From Fistulifera solaris (lineage: Eukaryota), in the NCBI GenBank assembly GCA_030295235.1, contig AP026127.1, forward strand, positions 186,001 to 250,000: 64,000 nt of DNA, read 5' to 3'. The notes under the pieces are model-generated. The model was not told the origin of the DNA. It did no database searches and saw only the letters and a list, made by a program, of their open reading frames with translations. Numbering within the stretch: the stretch's first letter is position 1; the number at the start of each line of letters is the position of its first letter. A program made the translations under genes and the position numbers. Of the stretch, positions 11,949 to 23,498 are shown piece after piece.

Positions 11949-14900
11949 TCATGAGAAAATTTCAGCCGTTTCGCCAGTTGCAGGAGTGGATTCGAATTCA
12001 TTCCTTTCTGAGTCTTCATCCTCTTTCCCGACCGTTTTATCCTCGGAAGCATCTTCCTCGAAGTTGTCTTGCATGGTGGCTATGTCGGTCAAAAGCACTC
12101 GACGATGCCAAGGCTTGATGTTGCGTTTCCCGGCTTGGATAACAGCTACTGCTTGCTTTTCAGAAGTAAAACCCATTTCCGACCAAGCATTGTCTACTAC
12201 GTCGTCCTCACTCAAGTTGATATTTGAAATAACTTCCGTTCGGTCATCTAAACCTGAACTTCCTGTAGCCGAAGACCGGCGAGGCAGTGAGTCTGGCGTG
12301 TTGACGTAACCACTATCATTTGAGTATCTCCCCGATTCTTCTGCAGTTGCGAACGACACTCGACTGCGTTCTTGAAACGCCATCGAAACAGGATTGTTTG
12401 GTTGAATGTTCAATGAGGCCCCTCTTCTCGTAGACGGTAGTGACGACAGGCTTGCCGTATTTCGAAGCCCGTTATAGTTTTCATTCAATTTCCAAAACTT
12501 GGGTCCAAAGATCAAGCCCAACACGGTAATGTTTTGCAGGAATATGGCACTGACTCGGACAAAGTAGAAGACTTCTGCATTTTCTCGCACCAAAGCACTT
12601 ATCGGAACAGCCACAACAAGTACTTGAAACATAAAGAGCACAACCAAACTGAGTTGCGAGCTTTCGGCAAGGTCGGAATTGATGTCTTTTGTTTGAAAAC
12701 CCAATATAAGTGCGTAAAACAAACACAGCGCATGAAAGATCATGAGAACAAGGAAGAAGTACCAACCCTCATTTCCGCCAGAGCAGCCGCCAACACTGGA
12801 TAGAGAAAACTGCTCGCTATCGTAAAGGAGTACTTCCCGTTGCCATTGCAGTGGTGCGACAAGTTGCCAAGTGATCAATATCGCCAATTCAATGGTTAAC
12901 ATGAAGGCAGCAATGTAAGCAACATCTTGTAATCCAACCTTTTTGCGTAGCATTCGCATGCCTGCTTGGTATATAAGTTTAACGCGTTGAATCTTGGCGA
13001 ACAGTGCGCTGAAAGTTATGACGAAGCCAAGTCCGTAGAACCAGGGCACCGCCATGCAAGCCGCGTCAACTCTTCGAATATCGGGGTTCGGAACTAAGAG
13101 AGCGCCTCCAGCTTCATCTTGTTCATAGCGATAAGCAGTTTCAAAGCCAAGAAAGACGATAGAGAGGCTGCTGAGGAACGTGCCCCCTATCACAATCATA
13201 AGAAATAGAGGTTGTGACACTTTTACCACCCATCGTTCACGATAGTACCATGTCCAAGCAAGGGCGGCTACACACATCACAAACAAGAGGCCAAAGAGAG
13301 TATAACCAACGGCAAGAAGGGCCGATGGGATGTAGTTCATATTTTCATCAGGTCGGTCAGGACACACAGCAAAAAGTTACTTTCGCAGAAAGCATATTGA
13401 GGCAGTGGAACGGCTTCGACAAAATCAGGGCCACTTTGAACCATATGTTCTTGAAAAGATTCTTTTGTGTAAGCCAACCAAGTTAGCAAGTAGATGGGCA
13501 AATTACCCTGTAGAAAAGGCTGCTGATCAATGCCGAACAGTAGCTGTTTCGACTCGATTCCTGCATATACATCGTCGTTCACATCAAAAGTCCCGACAAT
13601 CGTTGACGGGTGTCGCTCCAACACAAGCTTTAGGCCAGGTATTTGGTTGGGACCCATACTCAGCAATCCAACGCCGCTCCAGTCCTCACCCACCGTACTT
13701 TCCACTACTTGTAAATATTGTTCCTGATTATCCGGCGGTACGGCAAAGTGCTCTACAAAGACCACATCTGGTGAATCCGAAGCAGCTATGGCTTCTTTGA
13801 AACCTCGACAGCGCTCGATGAGTGCAGTATTCCCGAAGGCGTGATCGACGCAATAAGCTCGGGTCATCCCCGCGGCAATCATTCGCTCTCCCGCCCCGTA
13901 ACCACCGGCATACTCATCCATACCAATATGATGGGGCAGCCCTAGAGCCTTCGACGACTCCTGCCCAGAGTTGATGCTGATCACTGGTATCCTTAAATCC
14001 AGACATTGCTGAACGGCAATCAGCACGTCATCACTGGGGATGGTAACAAATATCCCATCAATGCCATTGTCGCATAAGTTTCGAATGCGAGCGGCCATTT
14101 GCCGGTACAATAAATTTTGATCGGTGGGTTCGGGGAACCGTTCGATGTCCAATGTGATCTTCATATCATCGGCCGCTTGTTGTGCGGAAGCAAACACCGG
14201 ATCCCAGAAAATATCCCGCATGTGCCCGTGTACCACACCACCCAAACGCAGTGCCGGACGGCTGGTGCACTCGCAAACGCCGGAATGGTCGGTTTGATTC
14301 GTTTGTGCGGTGTCGCCCTCGAGTCCATCATCCACACACACCGGAAACGAAGCCGCCTGACAAACAGTATAGGAATCCGACGGCACATTTTCTATGGTTG
14401 TCAATGTCTTGCCGGCTGTATATTGCTGTTCCACGAGCGGCAATGTCCAAGTCTTTCCAGTTGTAGCATACAAGGCGGCATTAACGACACTGGCCGCCAA
14501 CGCCAAATACTCTTGCGAGCGCCACCCAAAGAGTAATGGATTCTTCGTTGAAACCAGCCTGGAATACACACCCTTGCTGGCAAAGGTGGCCCCTATTTGT
14601 GTATTATTGGACGTACAACTCGTCGCTAGATCCTCCCACAGTTCCTCGGTATGCAGCAACAAATAATCATATTCCGCACAACGTTGCAGATCGGTCAACC
14701 ATTCCACCGTCATGGACGTATTTTGCGCCGCCACTTGTAAGCCTTGAAAATGAGCTTGCGCCACGGGGCTATTACGGTTTGACGCCACAAAAGCCGTGTG
14801 CAACGTGTTTTTGTCAACCGCGTGTTTTAAAAATTGTTGCCCCGATTGCAATCCTACTTGATAGTCGTTATCACCAATCCAACTGATAATAGGACTATCG

Positions 14901-15321
14901 TCATCTTCATTCTTGGGGTTTAAGCCGTGAATGCCAAAGACGGGCAGCTTCCTTGAATTCATGGCCAGCAATGGATGCAATTGAGCGACATTTTGCTCGG
15001 CGCTCTCTTCCGGATTTCGCACAACAATAAGAGCATCGAGACTCTCGTACAATTGTTCCGTATTTTCATCCTGCAAAGAAGCAATTGCACATTCATATCC
15101 TGCGCCGCTTGTTGCAACGCCGGCCACTGGCGCGGAAGACTGTGCGCCACCCCCAATCGGGTCAAACTGCGTTCAATGCACGGATCGCACCGAACGGAAG
15201 GAGAAGGTAAACTCATTCTTCTGGTTGACTGGCGCAGCGCACCTCTTCTTCTATGTATTTCCAAATACACCGTTGGCGGAGCCTTTTTCTCGAAAAAAGG
15301 ACGACAAGGCGAAGAAACCAA
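11949..15321 (-). CDS. Class C (GABA-B/7tm_3-like) GPCR with two tandem type I periplasmic sugar-binding-protein domains; frameshifts near 15078 and 13373; exact start uncertain
   Basis: 7TM motifs VVKVSQPLFL, CMAVPWFYGLGFVITFSALFAKIQRV and FGPKF. PBP motifs HG...DIFWDPV...AQQAADD, GIDGIFVTIP, RIPVISINSG, HIGMDEYAGGYGAG, GNTALIERCRGF, TFD, FGIDQQPFLQG. Adding one T to the T5 run at 13371-13375 fuses the two ORFs. Confidence 0.85.
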
Positions 15322-16098
15322 CGAACTTGCTTGAAGCGCTATCTACAGTATTTAGTTTCGGTACAAATGGCTAGTCTACGAGACTACCAGGTATTTATTT
15401 CTCGTCGCCAAGGTTGCACGCGCCCATGTTCGGCACTTTTGGCCTCCTTTTCCGACTTTTGTGCCAGCAGCGAATGCCAGATGGTGCAAGTGTTCCGTGT
15501 CTGGTGTCTGGTCACCGACTTTGTAGAAAACGTCGTATGTCGTATGCCAAAATAATGTCGGACGTCTTGCTTTGTTCTTCGTTCAAGTTGTGTTAATATA
15601 TTGTATAGAATGTACAATGTACAGTAGTTTTGAAATTGCTGTTCTCTCTATTTTATACTCGGAGCCAGTCAGCATGTAATTTGTAATGACTGCCAGTGAT
15701 GACCGATGACCGATGACCAACTGTACATACTGTACGCTAACAAATTATGAACTCAGAAATGGTTTTTACTTACTATCCACTTACTGTACAAGCTATGACT
15801 GCTTCCAATGACCAAATAATATCACGTTCTGGCTTCACACGCGCACTTGAACGATGACCACGTTGGACTTTTTCCTTTTTTACTCTCTAGCTATCGCGAA
15901 CGGCTCGAGCTTAGGGCTTAGGGGATTCTAAACTCTAGCTAGCTTTAGATCAATTCGGTTTGATCTATTACGGAGCATTGAACCAAACACGAAACGAACA
16001 GCTTTTCCGCACAGGAAGCTCACAACTCACAACCTACAAGCTGACGAGTATCTTCTCCAGATGCGATTGATCCTTTGGACGATTCTTTCATCTAGACA

Positions 16099-18322
16099 CT
16101 ATATATCATTATTACTCATGTTCGCTTGCGCCAAACTATGTATTTCCGCCTGGAGGGCCTCATTGACCCGTTTTACTGTCTCCAGTTGCGACTCTTTTGC
16201 TTCTACGAATTCGGTCAATTCACCAACTAACCGTTCCAGCTCTGCATTCCGCTCGAGCAGCCGCGTTACATCCAAATCCAATCCAGCCATCTTTTGAGCG
16301 TGTTTCGCTTCTTGGTACGCTGTGCGATAGTGTTCCAGTTCGGTGAGCGCCTCTTTCTTTTGCTGCCGTAGCAACGCCACTTCTTGTTGCCGAGCAGCGT
16401 CATCGGCAATCAGTTTTTCCACTTGTCGAATCGTCCGGCCGTTTTTACAAATAACGGCAATTTCTTTTGCAAGCTTTCGTTCTTCTGTTTGAAATGACAT
16501 CTTTCTGCTTTCAGCTTTTGTAGCTTCATGGTGAGCGCCGCGTGTTCCTGTTGATGAGCTTCCACGATAGTCTGTCCTTGCTGGTATTTGTCTTCTAAAG
16601 CTTTGCAATCTGCTTGCACCGTTGCAATCAAGGAGTCCTTTTCCTGAAGCTCCTTTGTTAATTGTTCTAACGCTGATTTTAATTCCACAAGCCTTCGATC
16701 TTGTCGTTCGCTTTCACTCTTTTCTTGCGCTTCCACTTGGCCTTTTAACTGTGCTATTTCCTGTTGAGCATCTTCTAATTTATTCTCCCGGGCGTCGATG
16801 ACTGCTTGTAGGACTGCCTTTTCATTTTGCCATTGCTTATTTTGCTTTTGCAGCTCGACATTTTGACGCTGCAACTCTAGGAGTTGTTGTTGCAGTTGCT
16901 CATTCGGACCGTGCGGGCGCGTATCAAGGGATGTGCTTCTTTGAATTGGAATAGGTGGAATCGGTGATCGGGGAGGAGTAACAGAAGACGTACTAGGTGG
17001 AATCGGTGAACGGGGAGGAGTTGTAGAACGTGTAGTCTCATCGCTTGCAACTTTCGATGTGGAAGTAGGCTCATGGTTTGTATCAAGTGTTTCGGGGAGC
17101 GAAGGCGTGGATGATAGACGGTCAACCGTAGCCGGGTATAAAATCATAGAGGGTTGGCATGAAGAAGCATCGCCATGGTAGTTTGCAATGCCAAATGCAA
17201 TCAAGAAACTTTCTCTTCCTAACCGGTTGAGTGCTTGGCACGATACGATTCCCTCTTGATCCGCTAGCTCATACAACAATGAATGATTTTCTTCGTCATT
17301 CTCGGAAAACGGTAAGTGCAACTGAAAGTCTTTCGGCGCAGCATACGAAGCCAGCGATACATGGGCTCCTTCTAGTTGCTCGTGGACCACTTGCGTCGAA
17401 TGATCCGCTAGTACTTGCTCGACGCGCAGAGCACAACCACTATCGGCCCTGGAAATGGAAAAGCGGAACGTTACATTATTCACCATACATACGCTACTGT
17501 ATCCGGTCGCCTTCTGTGTCGCCTGTCGAATACCCTGAAATAAGGTCGGCACCATTTGTATTTTGGTTTCCGTGTGACATGTTAGCGAGGAAGAGTCGGT
17601 CAAATGAACCACGCATCGGAGAAAATGACCCGCCAAATCCGCGCTCGGTTGAAACGCCGTGTGTATCGCCCCTGGCACTATCCTCCACTCCTCGTCGTCA
17701 GCTTTGGCGTACCACTGGCACGATCGTATAATATCATTCCCCGCCGGTTCGGTTGCGGATTTTCGTATAATGAGCAGCGAAGTGTTGGTAATCTCCTGTG
17801 TAGAGGATTGTTGTAATGATAAAAAGGCTCCAGTATTGCTTTGAAGGAACAAGGAAACGACTCCGAGAGGCTGTTTTTGTTGTTGCTGTTGTTGCTTGTA
17901 TTTATTCACTTGTTTGGACGTTTCGCTGACCACCCGCTTCGTCCAGGATGACAATTCACTCATGGGAGAAAAGGGCAGCGTAATATTTGTTGCTTTCGAA
18001 AGAATAGATGAGTCGTCGCAATCTTTCTTTTCCTCTCCACTTTCTTCGTCTTCCACCACAAGAATTTCATTTTTTTCGACGGTCGATGCACTGTCGTTGT
18101 CGTCTTCGACACATGCAACCGCAGAGGCGCTTGCTGCTTTAGTAAATTCAATATATCTTCCAGAGACCAGTCGTATACTCTAGTATCATTGATTTGATGC
18201 AGAACGTGGGGCAAGGCTGATCCTGGAGAAGATACCAGAGCACCGTGTTCTTCCAAACGAGGCAGCACTACAATTTGTTGCGTTTGCACATCGGTCCAAT
18301 CGCTAAACTCCAGTAATTTCAT
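16099..18322 (-). CDS. Coiled-coil protein with PDZ-like N-terminus, A9/Ig-like domain and Pro/Ser linker (frameshifts near 18070 and 16465)
   Basis: Three overlapping ORFs; the CQWY...IVPGAIHTAFQPSADLAGHFLRC motif resembles AIR9/SCAB-type Ig domains; duplicated TPPRSPIPP; long C-terminal heptad region. Confidence 0.65.
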
Positions 18323-19070
18323 GTTTCAAGTACAGTTCATACGAAGGTCCTCGATTTGCTAGTGGCTGATTGATAAAATTTTGGAATCAAAGTGGAAATG
18401 AGAGACGCTAAATAGATAGAGTCGGTCGTTTCATTTGTTGTGATGCAACGTTTTTTTAACCTTATAGAACGCAGCGCAGAGTTTTCTCATGCGCGTGCGG
18501 AGAGTTGAAGGTGCGTGCAGAAATTATCAACGGAAAAAGGACTGTAAATTGAATTAAGTAAAAATCCGTTGTAAACCATTGTTGTTTTTTAGTTTGATTG
18601 AAATTTGAGTATTTAGCTCCACATTGGCGAGCTACGAGCTTCATTGGCTATCATTGTGAGTTGTGAGTTGGTCGGAAGTCGAAAAAATGTTTTTCCAGCC
18701 ATACGCCTTACCGCTAACCTTACGAAGGCAAACAAAAACCTTCCAAGAAAACGATTAACCTTTACCTGTACAAGTACGGCACCAGTAAAACGAAGTAAAA
18801 TAAGACACCTAGCCAAGTAGGATTACTTATACCTTATACATCCTATCATTCTCAATTCTTAATTAAGAGCCCGATGACGATGGCAACCGTTTACATTACA
18901 CAGCTGAGAGAATATAAAAGCTGGCTATTGGTAATTGGTAAATTACCAAACTCCGAATCCGAACATAATCGGATCATAATATATCATTTCATAATCTTTT
19001 GCGATGTTCCTTGTTCCTTGTTACTTATTAACTGCTCGCTGTTTGCTGCTTGTTTCTTGCCTCCTCTTGT

Positions 19071-20110
19071 TCTGAGCTCTGAGCTCTGAGTTTGGGATTC
19101 GGAGTTCAGAGCTTCGGAGGACGCTGAGAACGATAACCATGCTATTGTAGTCCCTTTACCTTTTACGTTTTACTACTTGCGAAGTATAGTTTGCCAGCCT
19201 GTTGACTGTTGATCGTTGATTTTTATCTTAGATTGAATTCTGAACACTGATCATGATTAGTGGATCAGTGGATCAGTAATCAGTAATCAGAACTGGAATC
19301 AGTAATTCGTAATCCGTAATCCGTGATCCGTGATCACAGACTGATCTCCAATCACCAATACCAACAACCAACACCCACGGTATACCGCTATGACGTATTA
19401 CCAGAACTAAGAACCAAGAACCAAACAACGAACTCCAATGGCCATTACCAATAGCCCCCGTTCTCCGTTCAAGATTAAATCAGTCACAGAAGGGCCGTAG
19501 GTCGTTACTGGTATGATCCAGCATAGTAGCAGCCATTTTTATTATCATTATCAGCTATCAGCAATCAACAATCAACCCAGTCCAGCGTCCAGCGGCTGTG
19601 GGCTTTGTCTTTGTCCGACAACGGCAGCGAACAACAAGAAACAAGAACACATGTTTTCACTTTTCACACAGTTTACAGTTTAGAGTCCAGACTCCAAACT
19701 CCAGACACCAGATTCAGGCTTCAACACCAGCATCCAGATTCCAGTATAGTTCGACGGCCTCTAGAATACCGCAATACCGTACGGTATAATACCAGTATAA
19801 TACCGGTATTCGGGTATTGGGATTTTCGATACCGGTATTTGAAGTTAGTTCAAACAAGACTGGGGCACGTACGACTGGATTCCCGTGATTCCGCGGCAGT
19901 TAACGTGAAGATGCGAGAGCTTTCCCGTCAAGGCGCTGAAACCCAATACGGTATCGATACCGTATGATACCGTACAATACCGTATTCCGGTATCGAAAAT
20001 CCTGATACCGGTATTTGAAGAACTATAGATTCCAGGTTTGTTGTTTGTTGTTCTTGGCTCGTAGTTCGTATGTTATAGAATGTATGGCTATAAGCCGTAT
20101 GCTCAATGCT
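19071..20110. repeat. Intergenic tract of short (mostly 7-nt) tandem duplications and ATACCG/CGGTAT palindromic arrays
   Basis: Examples: TCTGAGC x3, CTGTTGA x2, CGTAATC/CGTGATC x4, AGAACCA, TATCAGC/AATCAAC, TCCAGCG x2, AACAAGA x2; 16-bp inverted repeat 19820-19835/19987-20002. Confidence 0.8.
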
Positions 20111-20451
20111 TATGCTACATGATACATCATAAATCTTATTACCTGGTACTAGAAGGTAAAGTTTGGGATTCTTCTCATTATAATTTGTCGTTGTTCGTTG
20201 TTGTCAAAAGATAGTACGCAATCGAAATAAGATGTGACGTTTTTGATGTCCGATGTCACGATAGAAAAGTGTAGGCATTTTGCTTTTTTCTCCCCTCTCA
20301 CGTCTCACGTCCCTTGACACTTTTTGTTGGGTTTGCGTTTTGCTCATGTTCATTTCTTTCCCTCGACACTCGACAGCAACGAGAGCGTCTTCGACACTTA
20401 CACTAAAAACATAAAGCTTCATTCATTGACAAGAAGCATCCATAAGCGATA

Positions 20452-22701
20452 ATGAGCTCGCAGCACGATGACAAGCTTCTGCCACAGTTGCAAGCAGAGT
20501 TGGCGCAGAAAGAAGATGCTTTACTTGAGAAGAATAGTCTCTGTAAAGATCAGGCCGACAAGATCGATGCGTTGGTCAAGCAGATGGTAGAAATGGAGGA
20601 CAATCTAAATCACAGCTACAACCAGACGTTGGAGTCATTGTACGCCAGTATGGTGCAGATGAGGGAAGAAAAAGAGCATTTGATGCAGCAAATAGAAAGC
20701 CTTGAAGCCCAAATGAAAGCTGCCAAACAAGAGCAGGAAGAGGTTCATCAACGAGCGCTGTATTCGGCAAAAGACTCCAAAGAGATGGGTGCCCTTCGCA
20801 AAAGACTTTCCGAGATGGAGGAGCAACTTGTGGAGTCTGATCAGCAGATGCGTTTGTTGCAGAAATCCGCGGAGAAATCACAGGAAGAAAAGCGTCACCA
20901 CAGGGAGCGGTCGCACGCTTTGCAAGCAGAAGTTCTCAAACTGAAGTATCTGCTCAAAGATAAAGCGAATGCTTTACTTGTGGCAAGAATATCTGTCGAT
21001 AAGAAAGCTCAAAATGCGGCAGTCGCAACGCAGTGGCCTTTCATAAACGCAACTGAAGAACTTCGCACAAGAATTGCGGAGATCGAAAGTCGCTTGAGTG
21101 TATCTAACCGACTTGCGGACTACTTGCAAAAGAAACTTCAGAAGGCCGAAGAGCAATGCGATCACTATGAAGAGCAAAAATTCAAGATGTCTGCCGAGCT
21201 CGCGACCCTCAAGCATCAACTTTTGGAAAAGGCGGATCAGCTAGCCATGTCGAGCCAGACGAACGAAAAGCAGGAATCTGAAATCCAGGATTTGTTCAAG
21301 AAACTCCAAGATGCTCAACTAACGCTCGAATCAAACCGGCGAGATGGCGAGCTCAAGATTCAGCAAGCTGTTGAGGCGGCTAAAGCCGGACAAAGCGAGT
21401 TGCTCCACAAAATCTCGCAGCTCGAGTACCGATGCACAGAATCGCACCGACTTGCCGAGTTCGCACAGAGCAGCTTCAATGATTTAAAAGTAGAAAAGGA
21501 AGAAGGCGAAGCCAAGTGTAATGCTACCATCGCCTATCTGGAATTCAAGCTGAAAGAGGCAACCCGCGTCAGTGAGTTCGCCCAGAACACGTTGCACAAA
21601 AAGAATGACGAAATGAAGCAGCTCGAACTATCTTCGATGGGGGAAAAGAAGCGATTGGAGTTTAAACTGACCGAGGCTTCTCGAATGACTGTCTTCCTAC
21701 AGAACAAACTGCAGGATATGGAACGGAAATCATCCGTCGAAATGGTTGATCTTCAGTTCCGTCTCACGGAAGCTACCCGCGTGGCACAGTTCTTGACGAC
21801 AAACGCCAACCGAATGTCGGAAAACATGCAGACGCAGCGCGACGAAATCCGTTCCTTGGAAGAGCAACTGACGGCAACACGCGACGAGCTTGCAGCTGCC
21901 CAGACCGCCATCCAAGCGAAAGACCAAGCACTGGAATCCCATGGCGCTACCATCAACGAGTTGCAGCAACAAGTTCGAGAACTCGAGAGCCGACTGCTGG
22001 TGTCCCAACAACTTTGTGACTTTCTCAAGACGAATCTCAGTCAGGCGGAGGAGATGAAGAATGTCGCAGAAACGGAGCGCGAGGATGTTGAGAAGCAACT
22101 GAATGTTCTCACAAACCAGCTTTCGGAAAGGAAGATGTTTTCTCGTTTGAACGAAGATCCTTGTGAAGATACCACGAAAAGTATGTCAGAATCGGATCAG
22201 GACTCTTTGACGAGTTCCACTGCCGACGACATGGACATCAGTAGAGATTATGAACGCCAGATTGCCGACTTGGAGTTCCGTTTAACAGAGTCCCAGCGCT
22301 TCTCTAAATTCGTCCAGTCGAAACTGCAAACGTTGGATGCTACGCACCAGCAGCAGGTTGCCCAGCATGAAGCTGAGATTGCTCGCTTGAAGTTCAAGGC
22401 CACCGAAAGCTTACGTATTGCGACGTTCGCACAGGATGCCTTCACGAAAGCCACTCAAGAAAAGCAAGCCATCGAATTAGACCGAGCGGCAGAAAAGGCC
22501 AAAGGGATGTTTCAAATCTCCGAAGCCGATCGCATGATCCATTTTTTGTCGAAAAAGCTGAAAGATACCGAGAGCAAGTATGAAGCTAAAATCAAAGAGC
22601 TGGAATACAACCTGGCCGAGGCCACCGCTCGCACTTCAAATAATGGTAACATATTCAGCGAGACGAGAGAAGCATTGTCCGTCGCGTATCCCCACGCTTG
22701 A
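20452..22701 (+). CDS. Long coiled-coil protein with about 9-10 copies of an LEFRLTEAxRxxxFxQxxL motif
   Basis: Uninterrupted 749-aa ORF rich in E/K/Q/L; the repeated 22-aa motif is visible by eye. Confidence 0.88.
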   Translation: MSSQHDDKLLPQLQAELAQKEDALLEKNSLCKDQADKIDALVKQMVEMEDNLNHSYNQTLESLYASMVQMREEKEHLMQQIESLEAQMKAAKQEQEEVHQRALYSAKDSKEMGALRKRLSEMEEQLVESDQQMRLLQKSAEKSQEEKRHHRERSHALQAEVLKLKYLLKDKANALLVARISVDKKAQNAAVATQWPFINATEELRTRIAEIESRLSVSNRLADYLQKKLQKAEEQCDHYEEQKFKMSAELATLKHQLLEKADQLAMSSQTNEKQESEIQDLFKKLQDAQLTLESNRRDGELKIQQAVEAAKAGQSELLHKISQLEYRCTESHRLAEFAQSSFNDLKVEKEEGEAKCNATIAYLEFKLKEATRVSEFAQNTLHKKNDEMKQLELSSMGEKKRLEFKLTEASRMTVFLQNKLQDMERKSSVEMVDLQFRLTEATRVAQFLTTNANRMSENMQTQRDEIRSLEEQLTATRDELAAAQTAIQAKDQALESHGATINELQQQVRELESRLLVSQQLCDFLKTNLSQAEEMKNVAETEREDVEKQLNVLTNQLSERKMFSRLNEDPCEDTTKSMSESDQDSLTSSTADDMDISRDYERQIADLEFRLTESQRFSKFVQSKLQTLDATHQQQVAQHEAEIARLKFKATESLRIATFAQDAFTKATQEKQAIELDRAAEKAKGMFQISEADRMIHFLSKKLKDTESKYEAKIKELEYNLAEATARTSNNGNIFSETREALSVAYPHA

Positions 22702-23150
22702 GCCGACCGAAACCATCCGTGTTGTGAGCAACTTTTTAAAGATCCGTATTTTCAACAAATAGGCAAATCAAATAAAGCAAAGCAAAGTTTGTTCCTCGTC
22801 ATTATAAGGCAATAACAGGCAACAATAAAATAATAGGTAACGTCGTATTTCCTTTGTATTCGGCGTCGCACGAAAATTTCGAGATGGTGATCGCAAACTA
22901 CGCGAGACCCCAGGCTTTAACCTTAACCCTTATGGCCTACTGGAAATTGCCAACGACGACTTCTTGTGAAAAAATGACGAAAACGCGCTCGCTCGCCAAG
23001 AGTCTAATAATAATAATACAGAGTATTAGACGGCGATGAGCACAAACAAAAGTAACACCCAACGCAATATAAGCACACGTCTTTCTCCTTGCCGCAGATT
23101 TGTGTCAACTAGTCTTCAACATATTTTTGTTTGAACGTTGCGTTACAGAA

Positions 23151-23498
23151 ATGTCCACCCCTTCGGAACCAGCCAACAAATCGAATGATTTGAATCTCAT
23201 GGTTGATGATCTGTTGCAACAAATGGTACGCTTTACCGGTAACTCAAATCCAGTCACATCTCCCATCTCATCTCATCTCATCTCATCATACTGTCAGCAA
23301 ACTCGATTTGATAGTGTCGGACGAACGATCGAAACACGATTGCAAGATATGGATCATCGCATGACGGAACTGGAGACGAGCATTCAAGAGCTCATGGATC
23401 AAGCGGGGCTGAATGGAACCACTCCGAAAAGCAATAATAATAAAAATAATAATAATAATACTAATAACGCGTCGGCAAAAGGAAAGGCGGAAATTTGA
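23151..23498 (+). CDS. HSBP1: Heat shock factor binding protein 1; intron 23226-23297
   Basis: The spliced product DLNLMVDDLLQQM|QTRFDSVGRTIETRLQDMDHRMTELETSIQELMDQAG matches the HSBP1 consensus; 72-nt GTACGC...CAG intron. Confidence 0.9.
   Translation: MSTPSEPANKSNDLNLMVDDLLQQMVRFTGNSNPVTSPISSHLISSYCQQTRFDSVGRTIETRLQDMDHRMTELETSIQELMDQAGLNGTTPKSNNNKNNNNNTNNASAKGKAEI

Noticed and set aside
15909..15924. Telomere-like TTAGGG repeats (also TTAACC x2 near 22917)
   Set aside because: Only two units, the first with 7-nt period; better explained by local duplications.
19765..20020. CRISPR-like array
   Set aside because: Only two 17-bp direct repeats, no regular repeat-spacer period, no cas genes, eukaryotic context.
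18400..20400. Centromere candidate (2-kb gene-free stretch)
   Set aside because: By eye it is only moderately AT-rich; cannot be supported without a GC calculation or CENH3 data.
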